Assembly (NCBI GenBank): GCA_964016885.1
Contig: OZ024743.1
Span: forward strand, 190,774,001-190,838,000
From: Eledone cirrhosa
Lineage: Eukaryota
DNA: 64,000 bases
Direction: 5' to 3'
Below the pieces are notes generated by a model. It was not told the origin of the DNA and searched no databases. It was given only the letters and a program-made list of their open reading frames with translations. This document shows, piece after piece, positions 38,005 through 49,750 of the stretch (position 1 is its first letter; every line of letters starts with the position of its first letter). A program made the position numbers and the translations under genes.

Positions 38005-38504
38005 TGGTCTGGATAACCAAAGATGTGGGTTCGACTCCCATGTACGGCAACACTCATCTTTTTCCATTTCTCCGAGGGTTATAAACCCCACTGTCAGGCT
38101 AGAAATTTCTTTAGTCTAAAATACGGTGAAAGCTTATCATTTCTAATTTCTAATTTTCAAACTCGCGCACCGTTTCAAAAACATACTTACATGTTTACGT
38201 TTATAATTTGCTTGTTTATCATTCACTTGCTAAGTTCATAGCTTCTAATTCGAATGGAAGGAGACGGGATGTGTATTGGTGTAATGGTAGCACGTTGGTC
38301 TGGATAACCAAAGATGTGGGTTTGACTCCCATGTACGGCAACACTCATCTTTTTCCATTTCTCCGAGGGTTATAAACCCCACTATCAGGCTAGAAATTTC
38401 TTTAGTCTAAAATACGGTGAAAGCTTATAATTTCTAATTTCTAATTTTCAAACTCGCGCACCGTTTCAAAAACAAACTTACATGTTTACATTTATAATTT
38501 GCTT
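38005..38504 (+). repeat. Partial tandem repeat, 291-bp period (about 1.7 units), between (TA)n tracts
   Basis: 38005-38213 nearly identical to 38296-38504. Confidence 0.93.
38270..38340 (+). tRNA. tRNA-like cloverleaf (pseudogene or SINE head; anticodon position GGA, short variable loop)
   Basis: D arm GTGT/GCAC, anticodon arm TTGGT/ACCAA with loop CTGGATA, T arm GTGGG-TT(C/T)GACT-CCCAT, 5 of 7 acceptor pairs, T5 run at 38350-38354. Confidence 0.6.
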
Positions 38505-38529
38505 ATATATATATATAATATATATATAA

Positions 38530-38573
<44 letters not shown>

Positions 38574-38850
38574 ATTGTGTTCTGTTATTATTTCTTGCAA
38601 TATTATACCTATATGATCCTCCCCTAAGTATAACAATATATATATACATAGATACATATATATGTATATATATACATATATATGTATATATAATATTAAG
38701 GATACTATTTATGGTTATGTATATACTAACACTTTTTATAGTTATATATATGTTAAACCCTAAACAGTGAAGGTCAGTAATGTATTACTACCTTATTACC
38801 AGTAAGATAAATAGCTCAATGTAAGAACATCAGTTGTTCTACAGAGCAGT

Positions 38851-39658
38851 TATATAGAATTCACAAGAATCAAAGCTATGTTCAAAGCATTTATTCACTT
38901 ACAATTGTTTCATCCAAACCTAGGCTTGGTGTCTTCGGAGCATTTTTCAATGTTTGTACATATAATTGACCTCCTTTCCAACGCAAGAGACATACAGATA
39001 CATATGTATATATTGATGTACAGTGGAGTGACATATATTATATTATATTATTTCTGTATAGCAATTCAAATTTAAAATCAAAATCAAAATTATAATTAAA
39101 ACAAAATTAAAATACATTCGGAAGTTAACATAGATAATGCAAGAGGATAGTTTTTTAGTCAGATTTAAGGGTTATTGTATGCGTTAGTTACACGTGGGGC
39201 ATGCACGTGTGTCTCATTTATATATGATTATTGTGTGGCATGGTGTTACATATAATAGAAGCACTTTAAGCGGTTAATTAAGAGTATTATGGAGGTTGTA
39301 GTGGTAAGGTATTTTTTGTATATAATAAAAAAGTATGTGTGCAGAAAAATAAAAATAAAAAGGAGAAGCAAATGAAAGTTAAGGTGCAGAAAAATATATT
39401 TAATTTTGTTTTAATTTTAATTTTGATTTTGATTTTAAATTTGAATTGCTATACAGAAATAATATAATATAATATATGTCACTCCACTGTACATCAATAT
39501 ATACATATTTATCTGTATGTCTCTTGCTTTGGAAAGGAAGTCAATTATGTGTATAAACATTGAAAAATGCTCCGAAGACTCCAAGCCTAGGTTTGGATGA
39601 AACAATTGTATGTGAATAAATGCTTTGAACCTAGCTTTGATTCTTGTGAATTCTATAT
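38851..39658. mobile_element. PLE-end module with about 260-bp inverted arms and a hammerhead in each arm
   Basis: 38851-39114 is the reverse complement of 39397-39658. Confidence 0.9.
39569..39613 (+). ncRNA. Hammerhead motif with CCGAAGA core (mirror copy on minus at 38897-38941)
   Basis: GCT-CCGAAGA-C-TCCAAGC(CTAG)GTTTGGA-T-GAAA-CAATTG-T-A then AATAAA; palindromic ACAATTGT. Confidence 0.7.
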
Positions 39659-41279
39659 GTATATATATATACATACATATATAACTATACATGTGTGCGT
39701 GTGTTTGTATGTGTGTATCTATTTGTGTGTGTCTGAGCGTGTGTGTATATATAGAGTACGCACATCGTGATATAAATACCTTTTTATACATATATATACA
39801 TTTATACATATAGCGCATACCCATATGAGAATATAGAATATTTTAGACTCTGATTTGAGATCAAATTTGGCTAGCTATCGTCCCTAACATGCATGTTATT
39901 TTAGTGGGGCTCTAATTGAATAAAACACCAAAATCCAATAAATTATGCGTCTATTCACCAAAATAAACACTGCAAGCAAAATACTTAATAAATAAGACTC
40001 ATGTTTCCAGTTGCACCTTTACTCCGTTTTGCTCACTACACTAGCCAAATAATGATTTAGAGGATTTAGCCACATCAAATTTGTCTGCTATATCATTGGC
40101 GGAAACGTTGATTGACAGATATTATTAACAGCGGCATGTACAATAGACATGATTAATGAAAATTCTCCCAAACAAATGCCAAGCGTTAATAAAATATATA
40201 TATATATATATGTATATATTTAGATTATTCATTTTAATGCAATTTTAAACGGATAATAATAACAAATAGTTAATGCATTCAGCTTGTCTTCGTTGCTGTT
40301 CACAGTTGTGTTTTTATCTGCAAACGATATGTAGACTTGTGATATCAGGATTCCAATTTACCGTATATACCATAGTTTTCGTAAGTATCTATTAAAGAAC
40401 ATGGTAATTATAGCGAACTAACTGTTAACACATATCTGCCTAAAAATATGGTTTGATATATTGACACATTAATGACATAATCGAAACAACTTTTGGTTTA
40501 GCTGCATTACTACCTGTGGCTATTTACACAACTGATATGCAGACGGAACGAAACATTTACATCACCATTGGATTCGGGATCACTGGTTCATCTAGACAAT
40601 GCAGATAAATATTACATATAACTACCGAGATTCATAAGAGTGATGCGTTGATATATATTGTTTTGGGGGAAGATTTTGGTAGGACTTTTGTTCTTATGCA
40701 TACATCAGAACATAATAGCGTAGAATAATATTTTTCCTCATCATAATGTTTATGTTAAAGATAATATTCTGATATGGCAATATTGATCTGTTAACCGTGG
40801 AATACTAGGATTGACTTTCACATGGATATAAGCCCACTCCATTTGACCAGCAGGCAGTACAGTTTATAATATTCAGACTTTGATCAAATTGTCCTTTGAA
40901 TGGCCATCTCCATTAAGAGAAGCACTAACAGTAACAGTACTTCGAACATTTATATCGAAATTATACCCACAACACCATGGCTGCAAACACCGATGTTATC
41001 TCAGATATTGCCACTAACAGCATCACTACACAACAATTAGTAACGCTACATACCACTATTGCTTTTACCATAATGTATACCAATGTTATTTATATAGTGA
41101 TCATTATCAGATATAGATATGGATCAGTCAAGCTTTCCATAATGAGAACTACCTACCAGTTAACATAATATGTAGGTGGCTGTGTATCTCCTAGTAACTT
41201 AATACTCAGGTCGAAAGACTGTGTCAGAATGTAGCAAGGATTGTTAGCACTTGAATTACTTGTACAAACAATTCGGCGG

Positions 41280-41420
41280 ATTTCCACGCAGCTTCTGTCA
41301 ACTCACAAGGCTTGGGTTGATCCGACGTCATGGTACAAAACACCAGCACAATGTTCTGTGAAATGTGACCTAACACGGAACCTCTTGATTCAGAAGAGAA
41401 CCTTTTAACCACTCGATCAT
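41280..41420 (-). mobile_element. Old tRNA-derived SINE (third family), diverged
   Basis: Minus strand GAGTGGTTAA...GAGGTTCCGTGTTAGGTCACA...CAAGCCTTGTGAGT resembles a tRNA-like head and SINE body. Confidence 0.45.
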
Positions 41421-42039
41421 CTCCGCAAAAATTATAATTTCTAACGTCAGAGATTTGCAGAAAATACGTTTAAAAACGCACTTCGTCCCTGATAGAATAT
41501 TATGATACCTTGGCTGTATAAAACTATCTCTACGGAATATAGAACTGACATCTTCACACACGACATTCAAGTAGCAATATATTGGATTACGTATTTATAA
41601 TCTATGTCTGAAAAAATGTGATGAGTATTGCTGGAATTGGTGTTGGACTGAGGATTAGCAACAACAACAAAACAGGAAATAAATATTTAAAAAATTATCA
41701 CTAATACAACTCATCAATTTTTAAACAATAGCACTGCCACTACAAACAAGTCACTACAAACGTTTCAGCCATTACTACAACTGATAGTTTACTAAAATAA
41801 AAAAATCAAGCCTACCGACCTTTTAAACAAAAGATAGGAAACATTGGATTTTGAAATCCTAGGTATACAGAAGACCGTGATGGTTGGTATAGCCACGATG
41901 CATTAGATCATATATCTACCCGATTCATAATCAATGTGGGGTTAAATAACAACAATAAAATCACCACTACGATCACCACCACCACCGCCATGCAAGTCAA
42001 CAAAGTTGAGCCAACAAAGTTTTCACTTCGTGATCATCC

Positions 42040-42240
42040 GACCTGTCAGAAGTAGCAGCTAAATAGTCCTCAAATCCTTACCCAACCGTCTTAGAAACAG
42101 AAATGTTGGAGAAAGATGTTTTGTATACTTTGCTCACGGTAAAGCAAACAGAATAGTGGCTTTGGCTATAATCCTTTTGATCATATATTTGTTTGATCAG
42201 TGCTGACCTGGGGCCAAATAACAAAACCAACACCAACAAC
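42040..42240 (+). mobile_element. SINE-like repeat family 2
   Basis: AGTAGCAGCTAAAT...CCTTTTGATCAT...GCTGACCTGGGGCCAAATAACA; partial copy also near 41810-41950. Confidence 0.6.
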
Positions 42241-42685
42241 AAAGTCCTAATCATTTGAAGCACGTCTACTGCAGCCATCATAAGAAACACCATTATCTCG
42301 ATTACCCACCACCATTTCTCAAACCCTCACCATCACAAGCAATGTCAGCAACACTATATGTAGAATATTCTCGTATCAGTAGAAACGTAAATCTGATTTA
42401 CTTGGAATTGTTTGCTTCGCTGAAGAAACAAAACTGTAATTCAACTAAACATATATTCTGGGTTGGTAAATCTTATCAATAGTATTAATGAGAGAGAACG
42501 GGAAGATGGAACGAGAAAGGTAAAGAGAAAACATCTGAAGGAAAAGAAAATGAAAGAGAACAGAGAAAATATATGTAAAAGAAAGAGAATGGGGAAGAAA
42601 TCGGAGAGCAAAGAAGCAAAGAATCAGAAATGAAATGCGATTCCGATCGTTCGCATATACGCCTGTCATTCTGAGATGTATATAC

Positions 42686-43005
<320 letters not shown>

Positions 43006-43263
43006 ATATTGTTATACTTTGGGAGGGTCACGTTGCCAATAAGAAACACACAAATTAAATTATAAATTTAAAAAAAATTTATAAATTTCCGGTTGTTTTT
43101 ATTTTATTTATAATTTAATTTATAATAAATTGGAGTGAAAGCAACTGGTGCGTGTGTTACTTATTGGCAACATGACCCTCCCAACGTATAACAATATCGG
43201 TTTCAACACACGTTTTCAGATAAACAATCTGACCGCCGGCCGTTTCGACAGCTAGATCCGAAC

Positions 43264-43264
<1 letters not shown>
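43006..43264. mobile_element. Miniature fold-back made of two PLE 3' ends (family of the 53.5-kb element)
   Basis: 43006-43050 is the reverse complement of 43153-43197; 43120-43228 matches the reverse complement of 53461-53575; (TA)n both sides. Confidence 0.85.
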
Positions 43265-43332
<68 letters not shown>

Positions 43333-43336
<4 letters not shown>

Positions 43337-44961
43337 GGTTTAAGGTTCACCACTGTATAGAGCTGGTCTATTCCGTATGGTCAATCGTAATGCAATAATA
43401 TAGAGAGTACTCAACGTAAAGCAGTTCAACCGTCTTTGTTTTTGTAGTTGGTGGTGCTATTACGGAGTTAAATATTATAATGAAATGACAGGAGGCCGGA
43501 TTTGTGTAAATCCTTGAAAGGTTTATTATACTATGATCATTTCAATGACCGTGTTCGGTATGAATCCGGTGATATCATCAGGTATTCGAAATATAATACG
43601 TGAATGTAATAGGTAAAATCCATGGGGCTGAAAATCGAGACCCGAGGGCGACCGCTATTCTGTTCCTTCAACATCAGCGGGTCGCCCTGGAGTGATGTGG
43701 CTAAATTTTATAGTATGCTACTACCGGTCAGATGAACGAAAACAGAAAGGGATGGGAGCATAGGTTAACGTCGATCCCATGACCAAGTCTAAACATTGTA
43801 ACACACTGACCCCCAATATATTCACCTCTGATAAGATGCGAGTCCCTGTGAAAATTTTGTCGCGCCATTCCTGGCCCGACTGTGGTGTGACATTAATATC
43901 GACCTTCCTTCCTCTCTCTTTCTATCTCCCTCTTGTAGCTATCAACCATTACTCTTTTACTTCTCTAAGCAAAATTTTAAAGTTCCAACTTTCTGTCGGA
44001 CTTGGGTGGGTTTTAATGGCGGCGCGACCAGCTCCCTGTCGAACGAGCTCACCTAGAGTGCTTGGAAAAATAAATTTCCCCTTCTTTCAGTAAATGAAAA
44101 TACTCGGCGTGGCTTAATTCGCCATGGGGCCCGGGGCGCGGCCGTTGTTTTAACCGCCAAATAGTACCTTTAAATTACAGAACAAATCGGAACTATTATA
44201 TAAATAAATGTTAAACTGTTGAACTTTAAATTTTCTAACCTCTTTAATATTGAATATTGATTATTAATTTGTTTAACTTCATCCTAGAAGTCTAAACACT
44301 GTAAAACACTGACTCCCAATATATTCATCTCCGCTAAGATGCGGGTCCCTGTGAAAATTTTCTCGCGCCACTCCAGGCTTGACTGTGGTCTGACATTAAT
44401 ATCGACCTTTCTTCCTCTTTCTTTCTATCTTCCTTCTTGTAGCCATCAACCCTTACTTTTCTACTTCTCTCTTCCCTTCCTTCTCTTCTCCCCTCCTCCT
44501 GTCTTCCTCACGCAGACTTATCTTCCTTCCCCCTCTTGCTTGCCTATATCTGACCAGTAGTAGTTGCCTTCCTCTTTTAGTTGACATTAACCCTGGCTTC
44601 TCTTCTTCTTTCTTCCCCCTTCTTCTCTCTCCTTCCTTTCTTTCTTTCTTTTACCTTGTGTCATGGGATCGACGTTAAGCTATGCTCCCATCCCTTTCTG
44701 TTTTCGTTCATCTGACCGGTAGTAGCATACTATAAAATTTAGCCACGTCACTCCAGGGCGACCGGCTGAGGTTGAAGGAACAGAATAGCGGTCGCCCTCG
44801 GGTCTCGATTTTCAGCCCCATGTATTTTACCTATTACATTCACGTATTATATTTCGAATACCTGATGATATCACCGGATTCATACGGAACCCGGTCATTG
44901 AAATGATCATAGCATAATAAACCTTTCAAGGATTTACACAAATCCAGCCTCCTGTCATTTC

Positions 44962-44967
<6 letters not shown>
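43333..44967. mobile_element. Non-coding composite element: about 305-bp inverted arms enclosing about 180-bp direct repeats, in (TA)n
   Basis: 43476-43783 is the reverse complement of 44660-44967; 43785-43966 repeats at 44288-44470. Confidence 0.9.
44858..44915 (+). ncRNA. Hammerhead ribozyme motif (mirror copy on minus at 43528-43585)
   Basis: ATAC-CTGATGA-TATCACCGGATTC(ATAC)GGAACCCGGTCATT-GAAA-TGATCA-T-A-G(C/T)AT then AATAAA; palindromic ATGATCAT; stem I perfect in the minus copy. Confidence 0.75.
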
Positions 44968-45023
<56 letters not shown>

Positions 45024-45309
45024 CATACATGCATAAAGTACATGTATTCATACATTTAAATCTTAGGTGTATTACAGAAGTACTTCTGTTTCGATTACCA
45101 TTTAACTTAGATATGTTATAAGAGAATATAAAATAACTAATATTTGAAACATAGGCGCTTCTGTAAAACTAAAACTATAGAAAGTTAAACGTTTTACTTT
45201 ATGTGTATTGATTCCTTTAATGTAGAGCTGGTCAACTAAGTCCTAGAATTAGATGAGACTCTGAGATTTCCAATAACTATATTCATCACTCGCATGCACA
45301 AATAAAAGC

Positions 45310-45677
45310 AACTCAAATCACACACACATGCACATCACACGTACAAAAATATGCATAAGCACAGACTCACACTCTCACAGGTATATATATATATATAACC
45401 GCACACAAATAAAATACACACATACATAACATACATACACACTGAGACGCAGGCGCAAACGTATGCACAGACACGAGACAGAAAAACGCACCACAAAACA
45501 AAAACAAGATGGAGGATAAGTTTAAGACAGATAGTCATAGAGGAAGTCATAGAATGTGTGACGAAAAAACTTTGATAAACAAATGAATAATGAACAATAA
45601 AGGTAAAGTAAAAACTATATGCTGCATGCGTTTCTTTCTATTTGCAATATTGGCAACATGACTATCCCCAAATATAA

Positions 45678-45680
<3 letters not shown>
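45310..45680 (+). mobile_element. Diverged PLE 3' region with decayed hammerhead
   Basis: GTCA-TAGAGGA-A-GTCA...TGAC-GAAA-AAACT-T-TGAT near 45534-45576 parallels 53647-53688; ends in ATTGGCAACATGACTATCCCCAAATATAAC. Confidence 0.6.
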
Positions 45681-45755
<75 letters not shown>

Positions 45756-45793
45756 ATCTCTCTCTCTCTCTCTCTTTCTCTTTCTCTCTCTTA

Positions 45794-45849
<56 letters not shown>

Positions 45850-46035
45850 ATGTATATATACATACAGTCGTGTAGTTTGGTAGAGATTATTCAAAGGTGA
45901 GAGAGTATTCCATCATTGGAAACATTGAGCACATAAGCCCCAGGTCATCACCATATGACTGGAATTGTAATGGGGCGTAGTAATAGGTTTTGAAATATGG
46001 AATGCCTGATCTTTTTGTTATTTAGAAGTAATTTG

Positions 46036-46070
<35 letters not shown>

Positions 46071-46182
46071 ATCATCAAATCACTTAGCATATTGATGCAT
46101 AAACCTTCTAAATAACCAAAAAATTAATCATTGCAGCCTATTTTTCGCCAGCCTATTTTTTTTTATCGATATTTGTCGGGCA

Positions 46183-46304
46183 TCCACTGATGATGTATAA
46201 GAGCCCACCTACATATATTCCTACGGACTATGTGTAGGCTTTTACATAACCTCGACATTATTTTCCCAATTTGTAGAAAACTTATAATGAAACGATCGTT
46301 TGGA
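46183..46304 (+). ncRNA. Type I hammerhead ribozyme, copy 1
   Basis: TCCA-CTGATGA-T-GTATAAG...CTTATAAT-GAAA-CGATCG-T-T-TGGA; predicted cleavage after 46300. Confidence 0.75.
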
Positions 46305-46900
46305 AAGAGAGATGTATTTTAATTATGTCTCATATAAAATTATACAACTGGCTATCCGCAAAATACGTATAGTTAGCACCCCAAACGTATAATTGGGATT
46401 ATACTAAGGTATATCCTAATGTTTGTTGAGTGAGACGGAAGTCGGTCGGAGTATGCTTAAAGCTTTCACTGTTAATGTATTAAATATTATACTCTTGATT
46501 TGGCCAGGGATGAATATGTCCAGATACTTTTTAGGTATAATTTTCCGCATTTATTCTTTGTATGAAATATTGATTGTTCTTCCGGTATCTTATCTCTGTT
46601 TTAAGCCTAAGAAAATACCTATATGCGTGTATAAATAATACATGCATATATTTATTTTTTAATATCCAATTGAGTTCTTCACGCATGGTTAAAACTATTG
46701 AACTAATTAATTGACCCGCGTGCATATTATTTTATTTTTTAATGTTTTGCGATGACCTCTCCTTTCCGCTTGATGGCAGTGTGAGATTTCTCATTGTGAG
46801 ACTGCTGGAATTTCAAATTTGGCGGTCATTCTGGCATGGAGGGGTACCATGGCTGAACATTAATATCGGTAAGGTTATTTTTATCGATATTTGTCGAGCA

Positions 46901-47022
46901 TCCACTGATGATTTATAAGTGCCCACCTACATATATTCCTACGGACTATGTGTAGGATTCTACATAACCTGGACATTATTTTCCCAATTTGTAGAAAACT
47001 TATAATGAAACGATCGTTTGGA
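46901..47022 (+). ncRNA. Type I hammerhead ribozyme, copy 2
   Basis: TCCA-CTGATGA-T-TTATAAGT...ACTTATAA-T-GAAA-CGATCG-T-T-TGGA; predicted cleavage after 47018. Confidence 0.78.
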
Positions 47023-47121
47023 AAGAGAGATGTATTTTAATTGTCTCTTATAAAATAATACCACTGGCTATCCGCAAAATACGTATAGTTAGCACCCCAA
47101 ACGTATAATGGGGATTATACT

Positions 47122-47198
47122 ACGGCTAATTCTGGACTAGTCCAGAATTAGCCGTCGAAACGGCTTGAGCTCAGCCGTCGGGGTCCTACTCGTTCCTA
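47122..47198 (+). mobile_element. PLE-end fragment with 34-bp perfect palindrome and 3' half of a hammerhead
   Basis: ACGGCTAATTCTGGACTAGTCCAGAATTAGCCGT-C-GAA-ACGGCT(TGAGCTC)AGCCGT-C-GGGGTCC. Confidence 0.75.
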
Positions 47199-47227
47199 TA
47201 TATATATATTTATATATATATATATAT

Positions 47228-47331
47228 GTCTGGTGACAGGCTTACAGTGTACTTTCGGTTTTTGATAATATTTGTGTATTATTCAAGTAGCGAGGTATAG
47301 GTAACTCATACACTATAGAAACAATTGTTAC
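47228..47331 (+). ncRNA. Degenerate hammerhead with long stem II
   Basis: GT-CTGGTGA...TACAGTGTA...TACACTATA-GAAA-CAATTG-T-T-AC then AATAAA. Confidence 0.5.
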
Positions 47332-47425
47332 CTAATAAATTCTATATACCCGCATTTCCATTTCGTAAATTTTTTCTCCATATATATATATATATATATA
47401 TATATTTATTTATTTATTTATTTAT

Positions 47426-47562
47426 TTATTAAAATAATATATAAAATGTTAAGCAAAGAATCGCTGCTTGCACCCTTAACGGGATCTTAGAAGATCTTAA
47501 AAGATCTCGTTAAGGGTGAAAGCAGCGATTCTTTGCTTAAACATTAATCTGTTATTTTAATA
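47426..47562. repeat. Fold-back inverted repeat, about 60-bp arms
   Basis: TTAAGCAAAGAATCGCTGCTTGCACCCTTAACG pairs with CGTTAAGGGTGAAAGCAGCGATTCTTTGCTTAA; right arm contains GAA-AGCA...TGCT-T, a possible hammerhead 3' half. Confidence 0.85.
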
Positions 47563-47651
47563 AATATTTGCTCTAGGCTTCTTATATATTTGATATATAT
47601 TTATCTGTATCGAGTCCTCTTTGGATTTTAGTCCTCACATTTATTATTATT

Positions 47652-47840
47652 TGGATTGGCAGTATCGGTAGAGAGTCGGACGCCATGCTTTCCAGCATAG
47701 TTACGGCCTTTTACGGTCTGAGTCTTCAAATCCCGCCGACGTTAACGTTGCTTTTCATCCTTATGGTGTCGATAAAATAAAGTACCAGTAATATACTGGT
47801 TAATTTGCTGGCCTTGTGCCAAAAGTAGAAACAATTATTA
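47652..47840 (+). mobile_element. SINE family 1, near full length
   Basis: Collinear with the 19542 copy; (ATT)n flanks. Confidence 0.9.
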
Positions 47841-47844
47841 CTAT

Positions 47845-48427
47845 TACATATAGAACCTGCACTCACCTCATTGAATGCAACACGTATACATTTAAATCAG
47901 GACAACATTTTACTGTAAAAAATCACTTCACTTGCTCATCAAAAAATCTACTTTATGCCATTAAATGTAAAGGATGCAATGAAGATTATATAGGACAAAC
48001 TAAACTCACACCAGAAACAGAATGACAGTTCATCGCCAACAATTACGTGATCCAACCACGAGACAGATACCACTAAGTGCATATCTAGACATTTGCGCAA
48101 GTAATAAGACACCCAAATTCCAAGTCTTCCCATTTTACCTTTGCGCTAACAATACAACAGAACAAATACGAATAAATAAGGAAAATATGTTTATTCAAAA
48201 ATATAGACCAGCATTAAATATGGTTTAATATACATTATGTCAACACCATAATATGACATACACACACACACATAAGACCTTCTACTTTAGAAAATAAAAA
48301 CCCGAACTAAATAAACCTTAACATACGTTTGCACTGACAATACACCAGAACAAATACGAATAAGTAAGGAAAATATGTTCATTCAAAAATATTCCTACTA
48401 AAGGAATCATTTCCCCCCCCCCCACAC

Positions 48428-48468
<41 letters not shown>

Positions 48469-48716
48469 TCTTCATCTTAACATGCTAACCATACTCCCAC
48501 ACACATAACACCCATACACACACATAACAAACCCCACACCTACAACTCCCTTCCCCAGTTCTACTAATAGAACCACTTTCCTACACACACACACACACAC
48601 ACACACACAATATGTATATTCTCTCCATCTTAACATACTCGCACACACACACATAACACCCATATACACACACACACAACTCCCTCCCCCATTTCTACTA
48701 ATAGAATCATCTTCCA

Positions 48717-48762
<46 letters not shown>

Positions 48763-49285
48763 GCACACAAATAAACATACATATCTTTACTTCAATAGAA
48801 AATCTGAACTCTGACACCCCAGCGAACTAACCATATTCACTGAACCAGAACAATTCTCCCAATCCCATTTCTCTTGACCACTATCTTTCCCTTGTCATAA
48901 CATTCTCTATAAAGGCTACAGAATAGATTTCCAAATAAGGGCGCAAAAATGTAATGAAAACTTGTTCACGTGACAGCCAAATTTCATTTATAACCAATCA
49001 AATCACGTTTATTAAAAAAAAGCCTTCGTGAGCCACCCTTTTTTTAAAGTAAAGAAATTCAAACACACACACACAACACACACACACAAGCACACCACTA
49101 AACACACATATCTTTTGAAAAGCAGAAGAACTGCGAAACCGGTAAAGGAACCAAATAAATATATATATTTTTAAAAAGAATAAGACTCCAGTTGCATTTT
49201 CGATTTCATCTCTTTCTCTTTATACTTTCACTCGTGTAGGACACCTCGGTTATTTTTCATTTTGTAAAAAAAACCTCACTTTCTA
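47845..49285 (+). mobile_element. PLE 3' fragment (Neptune-like GIY-YIG plus 3' region)
   Basis: FTCSSKNLLYAIKCKGCNEDYIGQT...MTVHRQQ...KENMFIQKYRPALN; 3' region homologous to 33120-33480. Confidence 0.82.
49111..49148 (+). ncRNA. Minimal hammerhead with U3:A8 core variant
   Basis: TCTT-TTGAAAA-GCAG(AAGAA)CTGC-GAAA-CCGG-T-A-AAGG, then AATAAA; all three stems pair. Confidence 0.68.
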
Positions 49286-49449
49286 ATATATATATATATA
49301 TATATATATGCAATGATTAATATTTTGGTTGACGGCTGAGAGAAAAGATTGCTCAATACCGAGAGGGAGTTTAAATATTCATTTAGTAATGCTAAATCAT
49401 GTGTCTTGTTTGTTTTGAGTTCCACCTGTTTATCACAGTGTCAATAACA

Positions 49450-49493
49450 TGTCTGATGACCCTTTTATAAATAGGTGAAACGCCAGAGTGACA
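49450..49493 (+). ncRNA. Degenerate hammerhead motif
   Basis: TGT-CTGATGA-C-CCT...AGG-T-GAAAC(GCCAGA)GT-G-ACA; G at the cleavage position; AATAAA downstream. Confidence 0.5.
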
Positions 49494-49624
49494 AAACGCA
49501 CTACTTAGCCTTAATAAATGAATATATATGCGAAGAAATACCAATGACAATCAGCAGACTACTGATGATGGGCATTCATGTTTCTCGGTTTATTTTCATA
49601 TATATATATATATATATGTATGTC

Positions 49625-49750
<126 letters not shown>

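Larger units (their letters stand above)
46160..47121 (+). mobile_element. Retrozyme-like non-coding element: two about 245-bp direct repeats, 718-bp period, each with a hammerhead
   Basis: 46160-46405 repeats at 46878-47121; no convincing ORF; (TA)n neighbourhood. Confidence 0.85.
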
